From: a virus
Lineage: Duplodnaviria; Caudoviricetes
Direction: 5' to 3' (one strand)
DNA length: 32,294 nucleotides
Virus record (IMG/VR): IMGVR_UViG_3300021425_000103
Coordinates: 1 to 32,294 of that record
The notes under the pieces are model-generated. The model saw nothing but the letters and a program-made list of their open reading frames with translations. It made no database searches and was not told the origin of the DNA. Both the position numbers and the translations under genes were made by a program. Shown here one piece after another: positions 21,701 to 29,168 of the stretch; positions within the stretch are counted from its first letter, which is position 1, and each line of letters opens with the position of its first letter.

Positions 21701-24564
21701 GAGGAGCATCACCAATCACATTTGAGTCTTCATATACTCAAGGTGGATTTGTAGATTCCATAGTAATTGCTGATGGTGGTTCTGGATTTACAAACGGACA
21801 ATACTTTGATCAACAATTACTTGGTGGTACTGGAACTGGATTAAGAGCAAATATTACAGTAGCAAATAATGCTGTTAGTGATATCACTGTAACAGATGGT
21901 GGAATTGGTTATACAGCAGACTTTAATATTACTCAGGCACCAACTGATATTGGTGCAGGATCTAATCTAGTACTTGCAGCAAAAATATCTACAGTCAATA
22001 AGCAATATGCAAACGTTTCTATTGATGTTCAGAGAGTTACTGATCTAACCGTCAGTGCAGATCTCTTCGGTACAATTGGTGTTTCTAGATTTAAGAAGTC
22101 TCAGTTTGATATTGGCACAGAAGGAAACGGTTCTGTTTCCTTAAAAGTTGGTGCTGACAGTGGTTTGGATGCTGACCTTCTCGATGGTGCTCAAGGTGCT
22201 TTCTATCTAAACTCTGGTAATCAAAACGCTGGAACTTTACCAACTGATAGATTATCTGGTACTTATAATATTAGTGTTTCTGGTTCTTCTGCGAACACTA
22301 TTCGTTTGATCACTGGTACAAACAACCCAACATCAAACCCATCTCCAAATAATTTCGTTGAAGGTGTTATTGCTAATACAATTAACAATAGTGCCAATGG
22401 ACTTTCTGATGGCGGAAGTAAGAATTTAGTAATGACCATCAGAAATGGTGGGTCTGGATTTGATTCTTCTTTTGGTGGCGTTAGACAATTAGCATTTACA
22501 GACAACGACAACATGTGGTTGCGTGGTTCTGGAACAGGTGTTACTGCGTTTGGTTCTTGGGGAAAAATTTGGTCATCGTTAAATGATGGACCTGGATCAG
22601 AATTAGATGCAGATAGACTTGATAACAGACAAGGAATATGGTATCAGAATGCTCTAAACATTAACTTTGGCACCTTATCTGATGAAAGACTACCTAGATT
22701 TATCAGCGCAACTGCAGTTCGTGATGATCTAACAATTAAGTCTTTCAATGGTGATCCAAGATACAATATCTATATTAGTGGTTTGGTTCTAGGATCAACT
22801 CCATTTACTCCAGGTAGTTCTGTCAATTTATATGACAACAATTCCCAGGGTGTTGGTACTATCACTATTGACAATCTTATTGTTAATGATGACACGGTTG
22901 ATAACTTCAACGATTATACAATTATCGTTGGTAGATTAACGACTGGTAATTTTATTGGTGCAGAAACTATTGGATCTGCAAGCAATAGAGTACCATTCCA
23001 AGATTTCTCTATTGAATCTGGTAACACTATTGATGTTGCTGTGCTGGAAAGTGATAGTGGAACAGCAAACTTGAGACTTGGAAGAAAAGATGGAGTTTCT
23101 TCAGCACCAGGAATCTACTTCAATAGTTCTCAGTTAGTTGCAAACTACAATGTTGCAATGATTGCTTCTGGTGGTAATGGAACTGACGGATCTGGAACTC
23201 TGAACGTTCAGGTTGCCAATGCTGATGGAATGACCATCAACGGTAATCAGATTTGGAACGCAGGTAACATTCAATTCCAAACAACCAATATTCCAAACAC
23301 TGCTGTTCTTCGCGATGCTAACGGATCAATTAGTGTTGGATCTATCACTGGTAATCTAACTGGTGCTGCTTCTCTGAACGTATTAAAAGCAGGCGACACC
23401 ATGACTGGTTCGCTAACTCTAACTGGTTCTGGATCTAACCTAAGCGTATCTGGAACATCTACTCTAACTGGAAACACAACTGTTGGAGGAAACCTTATTG
23501 TTGATACAAATACTCTATATGTAAATGCATCAACAAATAGAGTTGGCATTAATGCTGGCGTTCCATCAAGAACATTAGATGTTGGTGGTGCTGGTGCTGG
23601 TGGTGTTGCTGGATTTAAGGGTAGTGCAAACAATCAAGTCAATATAGCACACAGTGGAAATACTGGATGGGGACTATTGCTAGGCAATAGCGATTCTACT
23701 AGTAATGCTGGTTATCACCTATCTACTTCTGGAGAAGACAATAGTTGTGCAATTGTTAATGTTAATAACGATGCATTGCACTTTGGAACAAATAATACCG
23801 AAAGAATGACCATCAAGCATGATGGTACGGTTGGCATTGGAACAAACAATCCAGATTCTAATTATCGTTTAGATGTAAATGCTGCTGCTCGTATTAGATC
23901 AAATCTAACTCTAGACAGTGCAAATGATAACTCAGGTGTCGGTGTCAATTTCCTCGGTTCATCTTCCTTTAGAAACTTTAGAATTGGCAACCAATTAATT
24001 GGCGATGATATCTTCGCCATCCAAGCATCAACTGCTAATGGTGGAACAACCTGGAATGCTACACCTGCTATTGCAATCGATGGTGATACAAACAGAGTTT
24101 CTATTAATACCACAACTACCACAGTTAATGGTATCGACATGCAGTTGAATGTTGATGGTAACTTCAACCTCAACGGAACTCTATATGCTAATGGTTCTCC
24201 ATTCGTTACTTCTAAATGGACTGATAGTACCACTGGTGGAAACATCTACAGACTATCTAGAGTTGGTGTTAATCAGGCAGATCCTGATTATCAGTTACAT
24301 GTTAATGGATCTTCTAACTTCGTTGGTGCTTCTTTCGGAACTACTACTGCTAGCGCAACTAATAACAATAACAGCAACGCTATGAGAGTGGAGGGCGACA
24401 GACAGTATATTGACACCTACGGCGTCATGAAGGCAAACAGAAATACAATTGCAGAAAACGTTACTGTTCCTGCAAATACAAACTGTATGTCTGCTGGACC
24501 AATTGAATTGACTGGCAACACTATTGTCACCATCCTAGATGGTGGTGCATGGTCCATCATCTAA
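15784..24564 (+). CDS. Giant tail fibre / tailspike-like protein (2926 aa) with an interrupted beta-helix, two phycobiliprotein-like domains and fibre repeats
   Basis: GGSGYTxAPxV repeats; KIATTEYV; beta-helix cap IYVS..GDD.NDGRS...PVRTIKKA...GDY.E.NP; LDADLLDG repeats; KAGDTMTGSL; VGIGTNNP-type repeats; C-terminal SAGPI...GGAWSII motif. Confidence 0.85.
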   Translation: MSFNINSDKEFVRGSQPRLIGDNELTIRSGTGSLEKEIIRAQIDSNTGLPRVGINRTGQKVDVITITAGGSGYTGAPSVVISPPTTPGGVQALASAFIFNGEVVNIAVNNPGSGYTSAPTVTFSGGNGVGAAATATLDTVDFELDISGAIRTSTSIISDTARILNLDVDNLISPDLNHRAPNLKTYANNTGTLWSANVFLQKDSYRYFGTNIYQVITSGTTGSDAPTHTDGEATNGTATLKHIGFRADDAQAYSYGETGPAGIFPRSITPLLGDRSDKIATTEYVLNLATNDVGGRIYVSAQIGDDQNDGRSAVNPVRTIKKAAQLAWATPGVKETLIVSGGDYVEDNPISLPPDCSVVGDNLRLVIIRPANPGKHIFKFGDKNYVTGVTYRDQIDSNGDSVATWDFAMVFDDKQRIIIDNEVNGDFGVDFSIGHQIFGPDKFNVLFQQNTGLSALISGLEVVGVNTGARAKISNVRFNTTTGASAYINGNVDVLLTSGSFVEGERFNYLVSGTQGTQINTQTITATAGTNKLTFSTNPTNDSIIPGSYIYLDDTANANFTQGFYEVTDVDDTNAPTSYEVTVVPILGSSGWDTNQAASINIFQASIVTQSFDSTSIKSIRAEGEVVSVDEDITSTLPIQRIDFSLQGDPSIATGGFQSEQFGDAEDLGGIIFYTNQLVGRDNIHDFKEGQEIEISGLPTLNPDLSFLMGKQRIYKVLEDADGRSRRFVIPKKAPTINDSNFDPGQTAVVKSYSKSITLSLLNSPNKFDISTPVERRFQDACVFLRNNRDFIADEVVGKINDQFKRDYYSVYNVSGNSFDIFLGVLDHPNTYVSGGTATFNGVTANVTNFVYDTTVTGVATVTTDAPLNLSEDDTVQLADLLIECESGQKLYPAYSSPTVTNSTTNGDEQCRQDVRHFINALVRDLEFGSNHNIVEAAQKYIVGAKIAYIENEIIQTVRAIEYARELAIFAMRNWRTGDGTPSQPTYTPVYSNVPRYFDDSVITSTAGTPACDDVRSAIDTLAYLYVDVIANDASGTYLDAAYLIARNRDLIADQALIETETQYPSLGLSDIHQRKCRRDINYILGGLIRDLVLGGNSGIVTNAEAYFSGTALSGIDATQLDETRYAYTQVRDLSIAAMRNWKDGAGAAVSTSSPIPQFTDNTILVDPLGNPTCANVESSITTSFALLDGILEYADNPASPTAIEPGTTVKTTGTLFDTTDVITYPNNYIYDANNQRMAIRGDFDDYPIIEASPYTQNASIISFLGGSGALVDGSKVKQPNCPFPGLELDGTASFPNQGKSMVAAAFTIVSFGGTGYKVIEDGYTQLVSVFVIFCADGVLAETGGYASITNSATNFGQFALRGTGFRREAYEFDTGTIVNVSATPTGRTIFTVDGLGREPLEHYVVKIDGYSNVSSTVEYFIDNVSGVTVGPPFSATITIDDGTGQPYAVIRDSDGTSQNAAALLGETIRLHRPSIVNSSSHTWEYAGSGTNYLALPENGGTKVEANEQVSQNYGRVYVSGTDELGDFKVGTFARIENRTGAITFTGTVTISEVEFLKLKGGDVVVTGFDASNTLGGANSTDSKLPTQKAVKDYITNNLGPYINKPYSTNAVPRALVELTDSGKISVDQIPALRPFEVYTVANQQERTSIEGALAGDIAIQQDTTTSFILNNDLDSLFAAFNVDPTVQFTIGDIFTGSITQGRIQATEYRQGVVYQINITDGGSGYTSPPTVTIAGGNPQQGAISAAAICTIANGEVVTVTIIEFNGYKGGKGYTTAPTITFSAPAGSGTQATGVALIESRLYGDIVNNISIDDTDTIESSDIPSTTINLTRIINTSSFDSNNWVSLTSSTIDGSTLIGGPIPANVIASGGTANSFTFLRGDQNWALAVQSVKSSETRYFAKLTSQASSGSAEFQFATNSDVLIGHEVVNNVTGIQANTSITGVLTSGGFTTISLNNNLTATLPVGTIIEFDRGASPITFESSYTQGGFVDSIVIADGGSGFTNGQYFDQQLLGGTGTGLRANITVANNAVSDITVTDGGIGYTADFNITQAPTDIGAGSNLVLAAKISTVNKQYANVSIDVQRVTDLTVSADLFGTIGVSRFKKSQFDIGTEGNGSVSLKVGADSGLDADLLDGAQGAFYLNSGNQNAGTLPTDRLSGTYNISVSGSSANTIRLITGTNNPTSNPSPNNFVEGVIANTINNSANGLSDGGSKNLVMTIRNGGSGFDSSFGGVRQLAFTDNDNMWLRGSGTGVTAFGSWGKIWSSLNDGPGSELDADRLDNRQGIWYQNALNINFGTLSDERLPRFISATAVRDDLTIKSFNGDPRYNIYISGLVLGSTPFTPGSSVNLYDNNSQGVGTITIDNLIVNDDTVDNFNDYTIIVGRLTTGNFIGAETIGSASNRVPFQDFSIESGNTIDVAVLESDSGTANLRLGRKDGVSSAPGIYFNSSQLVANYNVAMIASGGNGTDGSGTLNVQVANADGMTINGNQIWNAGNIQFQTTNIPNTAVLRDANGSISVGSITGNLTGAASLNVLKAGDTMTGSLTLTGSGSNLSVSGTSTLTGNTTVGGNLIVDTNTLYVNASTNRVGINAGVPSRTLDVGGAGAGGVAGFKGSANNQVNIAHSGNTGWGLLLGNSDSTSNAGYHLSTSGEDNSCAIVNVNNDALHFGTNNTERMTIKHDGTVGIGTNNPDSNYRLDVNAAARIRSNLTLDSANDNSGVGVNFLGSSSFRNFRIGNQLIGDDIFAIQASTANGGTTWNATPAIAIDGDTNRVSINTTTTTVNGIDMQLNVDGNFNLNGTLYANGSPFVTSKWTDSTTGGNIYRLSRVGVNQADPDYQLHVNGSSNFVGASFGTTTASATNNNNSNAMRVEGDRQYIDTYGVMKANRNTIAENVTVPANTNCMSAGPIELTGNTIVTILDGGAWSII
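18112..19365 (+). repeat. Two tandem alpha-helical, phycobiliprotein-like domains within the fibre (about 18112-18880 and 18892-19365)
   Basis: Copy 1: FQDACVFLRNNRDFIADEV...[insert]...QCRQDVRHFINALVRDLEFGSN...AIEYARELAIFAMRNW...PACDDVRSAIDTL. Copy 2: YLDAAYLIARNRDLIADQA...KCRRDINYILGGLIRDLVLGGN...AYTQVRDLSIAAMRNW...PTCANVESSITTSF. The duplication is directly visible; the fold call is inference. Confidence 0.8.
22165..22692 (+). repeat. Two LDAD-type fibre repeats (22165-22254 and 22603-22692)
   Basis: LDADLLDGAQGAFYLNSGNQNAGTLPTDRL versus LDADRLDNRQGIWYQNALNINFGTLSDERL. Confidence 0.8.
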
Positions 24565-24577
24565 ATAAATATAAATA
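24561..24577 (+). promoter_or_regulatory. Three stacked late promoter boxes upstream of the fibre-tip/oxygenase cassette
   Basis: CTAAATAAATATAAATA contains CTAAATA (24561-24567), ATAAATA (24565-24571) and perfect TATAAATA (24570-24577); the first overlaps the fibre stop codon. Confidence 0.85.
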
Positions 24578-24599
24578 ACAACGGAAACAAGAGAGTAAA

Positions 24600-25016
24600 A
24601 TGGCAAGTATTCTAAAGTGTGATACTTTGCAGACAACTGCAGGGGTAACATATGTTTCCAACGGAGCTTTCGTTGGTGGCGGAATTGCAGCAGCAAGTAA
24701 TATTGCAGGTGGATCTGCTGGACAATTACTATATCAATCCGCTGCGGATACTACTGCAAAACTGAGTGTTGGTAATAGCTCACAAGTTTTGGTTGGTGGA
24801 AGTACTCCTTCATGGACTAACATTAGTAGTTTAAGTGTTAGTAGTGCTTCTACACTTTCTACTGCTAGAAACATTAACAACACATCTTTTAATGGTTCTA
24901 GTAATATCGTAGTCAATCCAACTTCAGGTGCCTATTCCAATGGATGGGGTGCTAAAACAGTTTCCACTGGCAACCCATCTGGTGGAAGCAATGGTGATAT
25001 TTGGTACACATACTAA
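24600..25016 (+). CDS. Short tail-fibre-like protein / putative distal fibre adaptor (138 aa)
   Basis: N-terminal MASILKCDTLQ; fibre-type repeats ASNIAGGSAGQLLYQS and ASTLSTARNINNTSFNGSSNI; C-terminal VSTGNPSGGSNGDIWYTY. Confidence 0.7.
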   Translation: MASILKCDTLQTTAGVTYVSNGAFVGGGIAAASNIAGGSAGQLLYQSAADTTAKLSVGNSSQVLVGGSTPSWTNISSLSVSSASTLSTARNINNTSFNGSSNIVVNPTSGAYSNGWGAKTVSTGNPSGGSNGDIWYTY

Positions 25017-25026
25017 TTAAAGAAAC

Positions 25027-25728
25027 ATGTCAGAAGAAAAGATTTATTGGATGCCTGAAGTTCTTCCATCTCCAACAGAAGAATATCAATTAGCTCAGAA
25101 AACAAAATTTTATCTAACACCCGATGGTGAAGAGAAAAAGCACCCTGGTTGGACCTATGAGAATAAAGCTTTAGTAGATGATGAGTATCTTCTAAAGAAT
25201 GAGGGTTATCGTAGATTGATTGATAACTATCCTAGCGAAGTTGATGATGCTAATCACATCATCAAGAGAACGCCTTACACTCAATGGACTAACACTTCTA
25301 CTACCGTAACGGTAAAGTATGATGTATATCAAATAAGAGAAGCATCATATCCAGCAGTTTTACCATTTGATAAAACTTGGGTTGATAATGATATCGATAA
25401 ATGGACTGTTGATAAATCCAATATGGTTATGACAAAGACCTACACTATTGTAGATCTAACTCCAGAAGAATTGGCAATTAAAAAGCAATCAGTCTGGGAT
25501 TCTTTAAGAGAGCATAGAAACAGAAGATTGCAAGAATCTGATGTTATTCTTCTTAAGGGACTTGAAGAAGGAAAAACGATATCACAGGAAGTAAAAACTT
25601 ATCGCCAAGCTTTAAGAGACTTCCCATCAACAATTACTGATATCACTACAATTGATGGTCCCACTACAAGACTGGAAGATGATGCAATTTGGCCATCTAA
25701 ACCAGCAGAATCAAATTACTATATTTGA
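25027..25728 (+). CDS. Tail fibre assembly chaperone-like protein (233 aa)
   Basis: C-terminal W..LREHRNRRLQESD...YRQALRDFP...WPSKP matches the phage tail assembly chaperone (Phage_tail_APC/Tfa-like) signature. Confidence 0.8.
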   Translation: MSEEKIYWMPEVLPSPTEEYQLAQKTKFYLTPDGEEKKHPGWTYENKALVDDEYLLKNEGYRRLIDNYPSEVDDANHIIKRTPYTQWTNTSTTVTVKYDVYQIREASYPAVLPFDKTWVDNDIDKWTVDKSNMVMTKTYTIVDLTPEELAIKKQSVWDSLREHRNRRLQESDVILLKGLEEGKTISQEVKTYRQALRDFPSTITDITTIDGPTTRLEDDAIWPSKPAESNYYI

Positions 25729-25736
25729 GATAAACC

Positions 25737-26711
25737 ATGGGTATTTTTAATAACGTTTCTGGTACTTGGAGAGAGATTCAAACTCTCTGGTGCAATGTTT
25801 CTGGAACTTGGAGAGAGATTCAAACAGTTAATAATAATGTTTCTGGAACGTGGAGAGAAACTTACAGTGCCGCTTCAGCAGCAACTTATACTTTAAGTTC
25901 CCCAGGATCCCCTGGCGACCTGAGTGTTTCTCCAAAATTAACTCTAAATCCTAGCAATAGTGGATCTCCTGGTGGAACAAGTTGGAGTCTTACTTTTGAT
26001 AATGATACTCCTGTTAATATTAAAGTATGGGGTGCTGGTGGAGGAGTTGATGGAAATGCTGGTGCTGGCGGTTTTGCTGGCGGTAACATGACTATGACTG
26101 CTGGAACAACCTATACAGTATGGGCAGGTGGTAGAGGAACTCCATCTGGTGGAAGAAATGGTGCTGGTGGTGGTGCTGCTTCTGGTATTAGGATAGGTGG
26201 CACAAATGTTATTATTGGTGGAGGCGGCGGCGGAGCTGCTGGTCGCCCTGGTTATGCTGGAGGTGGAACAAATGGTCAGTCTGGACTTCCAGCTGGTGGA
26301 GGTGGTGGATCACAATCTGGTGTTGGGGCAGGTGGTGCATCTTCCAGAAGAAGAGGTAATCCTGGATCTGGAACAAGAGGTGGTCAAGGAAGAACTGGAC
26401 CACCAGCAAACCCAGGCGGAACTAGTGGTCTTGGCAACAACGTCTTCCAAGGTGGTTATGGTGCTGCTAACCCAGGCGATAAAGGTTCTGGTGGAGGAGG
26501 CGGAGGTCTTTATGGCGGTGGAGAAGGTGGAGGAGACTCTGGTGCCTTTGGTGGTGGAGGAGGATCTGGTTATACAAATCCATCATATATTTCTGCGCCA
26601 TCATTACAAACTGGAAGTGGTCCAACTGCAGGCAATAGTGGAGATGGTGATAGAGGTGGTTATGGAAATACAGGAACAGCAGGACGAGTTGTTATTACCT
26701 GGAATCCATGA
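25737..26711 (+). CDS. Glycine-rich protein, putative fibre-tip adhesin (polyglycine-II type; 324 aa)
   Basis: IKVWGAGGG...GAGGFAGG...YTVWAGGRG...GGGAASGI...IIGGGGGG...GGGGGGLYGGG.GG...GGGGSGY...G.AGRVVITW matches the Gly-rich domain pattern (ALK/LTK GRD-like); three N-terminal Trp repeats. Confidence 0.75.
   Translation: MGIFNNVSGTWREIQTLWCNVSGTWREIQTVNNNVSGTWRETYSAASAATYTLSSPGSPGDLSVSPKLTLNPSNSGSPGGTSWSLTFDNDTPVNIKVWGAGGGVDGNAGAGGFAGGNMTMTAGTTYTVWAGGRGTPSGGRNGAGGGAASGIRIGGTNVIIGGGGGGAAGRPGYAGGGTNGQSGLPAGGGGGSQSGVGAGGASSRRRGNPGSGTRGGQGRTGPPANPGGTSGLGNNVFQGGYGAANPGDKGSGGGGGGLYGGGEGGGDSGAFGGGGGSGYTNPSYISAPSLQTGSGPTAGNSGDGDRGGYGNTGTAGRVVITWNP
25752..25862 (+). repeat. Three tandem 42-bp (14-aa) repeats, NVSGTWRE(IQT)
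   Basis: AACGTTTCTGGTACTTGGAGAGAGATTCAAACT (25752), AATGTTTCTGGAACTTGGAGAGAGATTCAAACA (25794), AATGTTTCTGGAACGTGGAGAGAAACT (25836); differences within the NVSGTWRE core are synonymous. Confidence 0.95.
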
Positions 26712-26736
26712 TAGAATGATTTTTTAGTGATGTGGA

Positions 26737-27288
26737 ATGTTTGTATTTGATCTTCCTTGTCCAATATACAAAACAAAACTAAAAGAACACAGCACCCTGA
26801 AGAATGAGATTTTAGGTCTCATTGATTCTTCGGGGTGTAGTTCTTATGTTGGTGTAGATGATCACGGATATACAAAAACCATGATCAGTAAATGTGATTG
26901 GAATTTGCCCAAAGAAGCAGAAAGAAAATATCTAGATATTATTTTTCCTCTCATTGAGGATAATCACCGTGAGTTGTTCAATAAATTAGGATTCCCAACT
27001 GTTGATATTATTAACATGTGGTTTCAGCAATACGAAAAAAATTCTTTTCATGAATGGCATACACATACACAATGCCAATGGTCATCTGTTTATTATCTAG
27101 AATTTCCAAAAGGAAGTCCCAGAACAGTTTTTGTCAATCCTCTAAATAATACAGATACATTTGATGTTGATACTGAAGAGGGAGATATTATAACCTTCCC
27201 GTCTTTTATTGTTCATTCTGCTCCGAAGGTAGAATCAGATAAAAGAAAAACAATTATATCATTCAATTCTGATATTAGTTTATCATGA
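26737..27288 (+). CDS. Putative 2OG-Fe(II) oxygenase (TIGR02466-like, 183 aa)
   Basis: MWFQQY...FHEWHTH...WSSVYYL...EGDIITFPSFIVHSAP...RKTIISFN double-stranded beta-helix signature. Confidence 0.8.
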   Translation: MFVFDLPCPIYKTKLKEHSTLKNEILGLIDSSGCSSYVGVDDHGYTKTMISKCDWNLPKEAERKYLDIIFPLIEDNHRELFNKLGFPTVDIINMWFQQYEKNSFHEWHTHTQCQWSSVYYLEFPKGSPRTVFVNPLNNTDTFDVDTEEGDIITFPSFIVHSAPKVESDKRKTIISFNSDISLS

Positions 27289-27836
27289 GCGATTACAGCG
27301 AATCTATTTTTTCTGTCCCTTTATTTCGCTATGAAGTTAGGGATTGGGAAGTTAAGAAGAAAAAACTAAAAGATCTTTACAATAGAGTATCCGTAAATAA
27401 AGATTTATCTTATACTGTACTAACTGATTATTTTAGAGAAAATAAGGAAGAGAACCATTACTGGGAAGACATTGTAGGTATCTTGAAAGAAGAGTTAGGA
27501 TTGTTCTCTCAGGAAACAAATATGTCTTATGGTCCAAACGGACATTGGTTTGAGTTATCTAAAAAAGGTATGCACCACGAAATTCATAATCATGGTGCCG
27601 TTGGATATAGTTGTGTCTTGTACATAGACTATGATGAAGAAGAACATACTCCAACAAAATTTCTGTCACCTTTTAATAACTTTTTTGTTGGATGTCAATT
27701 AGTACATACTCCATCAAACATAAAAAGTGGATCAATGATTTTCTTCCCGTCAGTTATTCATCACTACACATCACCGAATACAAGTGATAAAGAGAGATTA
27801 ATTCTTTCGTTTAATTTACATCCTATTAATTATTGA
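27285..27836 (+). CDS. Putative 2OG-Fe(II) oxygenase (TIGR02466-like, 183 aa)
   Basis: IFSVPLF...HWFE...HHEIHNHG...YSCVLYI...GSMIFFPSVIHHYTSPN...RLILSFN; ATGA overlap with the previous gene. Confidence 0.8.
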   Translation: MSDYSESIFSVPLFRYEVRDWEVKKKKLKDLYNRVSVNKDLSYTVLTDYFRENKEENHYWEDIVGILKEELGLFSQETNMSYGPNGHWFELSKKGMHHEIHNHGAVGYSCVLYIDYDEEEHTPTKFLSPFNNFFVGCQLVHTPSNIKSGSMIFFPSVIHHYTSPNTSDKERLILSFNLHPINY

Positions 27837-27837
27837 C

Positions 27838-28458
27838 ATGGCATTTCAGAGTGTTTGGTATTCTACAGGACTACCTAAAAAATTAGTAAAAACTATAGAC
27901 GAAGAACTCTTTAATGAGTTTGGAAATTCTATGGAAGCGTCTGGTTTATATAAAGGAGAAGTAAATACTGAATTGAGGAATTCCAGTAACGCTTGGATTC
28001 CTACAGGTCATTGGTTGCCTGGATTTTTATGGCATTATGTCACTCTAGCTAACAGATCAAATTTTCTGTATGATATTGATTGTATTGATATGAATACTGT
28101 ACAATATACTCAATATAATGAGGGGCAATTTTATAGCTGGCATTGTGATCATGGTCTTCTCAATATGTACAAACCAGAAACAGAGAACACTGAAGGAGAC
28201 CAGTATCTTAATGATAGAATTAATACAGAGTATGAGAAAGTCAGAAAATTATCAATTGTGATGCAACTTTCAGATCCAGAGGATTATGAAGGTGGAAATC
28301 TGCAATTGATGGATGAGAATGGTAAAACGTATTTTGCTCCAAGAACTAGAGGAACTATAATCATATTTGATTCTAGAACTCAACATAGAGTATTAAAAGT
28401 TACTTCTGGTGTTAGGAGATCTATTGTTGCTTGGGTAGTTGGTCCGAGGTGGAAATAA
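27838..28458 (+). CDS. 2OG-Fe(II) oxygenase, prolyl 4-hydroxylase/PKHD-like (206 aa)
   Basis: RNSSNAWI...QYTQY..GQFYSWHCD...RKLSIVMQLSDPEDYEGGNLQL...GTIIIFDSRTQHRVLKVTSGVRRSIVAWVVGP: HxD...H triad plus RxS 2OG-binding motif. Confidence 0.9.
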   Translation: MAFQSVWYSTGLPKKLVKTIDEELFNEFGNSMEASGLYKGEVNTELRNSSNAWIPTGHWLPGFLWHYVTLANRSNFLYDIDCIDMNTVQYTQYNEGQFYSWHCDHGLLNMYKPETENTEGDQYLNDRINTEYEKVRKLSIVMQLSDPEDYEGGNLQLMDENGKTYFAPRTRGTIIIFDSRTQHRVLKVTSGVRRSIVAWVVGPRWK

Positions 28459-29168
28459 TGGAAGTTGTAGCTTTAGATAGTCAATTAATACACACAAAGG
28501 GTTCTACTTTAAGAACCAAGAATGAAAAATTTGATACTAATGGTTTCTTTTTTGTTCCAAATTTAATTGTAGATCCCACTGAGTTGGAGTGTGATGTTCC
28601 AGATTGGAGAGGAACTAGAACTTATTTTGATCGAGAAGATAGATATTCTCATGAAGACGTTGAAGGACAAGTAAATGGATCTGCAAGTAGATATAATTGG
28701 CCAGGATACAAAGATTTACATACACAGATAAGATTTAAAGTTGAAAAAATTTTAGGAAAAAAATTATACAATACCTACTATTTTGATAGATTTTATTTTC
28801 TTGGGAATGAATTGGTAAAACATGTTGATAGAGATGCTTGTGAAATTTCTGTCACTCTTTTTATTAAAACCAATTTAAGATGGAATTGGGAATGGCCATT
28901 TATCGTAGATAGTTCAGATCCTGTTCTAAGGGAAACTTGGATCACTATGGCACCTGGAGATGCTGTCATATACAAAGGGTGTGAAATACCACACTGGAGA
29001 CCACCATTAACTTCCAAGTATGGAAGAGATGAACCTAAATATAAGTGGTGGGCGCGTAGAATTTTACGTGGTCCAGATGACACTTTCTGGCATCAAGCAT
29101 TTTTTCATTATGTTTTAGCAGATGGGAATAGATGCCAACATGCATTTGATGTAACCAACCGTTATTAA
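28458..29168 (+). CDS. Divergent 2OG-Fe(II) oxygenase-like protein (236 aa from ATG 28458)
   Basis: LYNTYYFDRFY...LVKHVDRDACEISVTL...PGDAVIYKGCEIPHWR...QAFFHYV (HxD...H). Start moved to ATG 28458, which overlaps the previous stop (TAATG) and follows an SD-like GAGGT. Confidence 0.75.
   Translation: MEVVALDSQLIHTKGSTLRTKNEKFDTNGFFFVPNLIVDPTELECDVPDWRGTRTYFDREDRYSHEDVEGQVNGSASRYNWPGYKDLHTQIRFKVEKILGKKLYNTYYFDRFYFLGNELVKHVDRDACEISVTLFIKTNLRWNWEWPFIVDSSDPVLRETWITMAPGDAVIYKGCEIPHWRPPLTSKYGRDEPKYKWWARRILRGPDDTFWHQAFFHYVLADGNRCQHAFDVTNRY

Noticed and set aside
23520-24564. Peptidase S74-type intramolecular chaperone expected after the VGIGT repeats of the fibre
   Set aside because: No SD.RLK.NI motif is present at the C-terminus.
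2715-24564. Inteins, introns or homing endonucleases as the reason for the very long ORFs
   Set aside because: No intein splice-junction, LAGLIDADG or HNH motifs were recognised, the frames are uninterrupted, and the length is explained by structural modules.
25752-25862. 42-bp tandem repeats as a CRISPR array or a DGR template/variable repeat pair
   Set aside because: The repeats are in frame, vary at synonymous positions, have only ~9-bp linkers, show no adenine-specific pattern, and no cas or reverse transcriptase gene is in the window.
26197-26727. 176-aa alternative-frame + strand ORF rich in V/E/L
   Set aside because: It is the frame-shifted reading of the GGT/GGA glycine codons of the adhesin gene; no independent evidence.
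15399-27148. Intragenic ATAAATA (15399-15405) and CTAAATA (27142-27148) matches
   Set aside because: Such 7-mers are expected by chance in AT-rich coding DNA and these are not close to a start codon; not called without TSS data.
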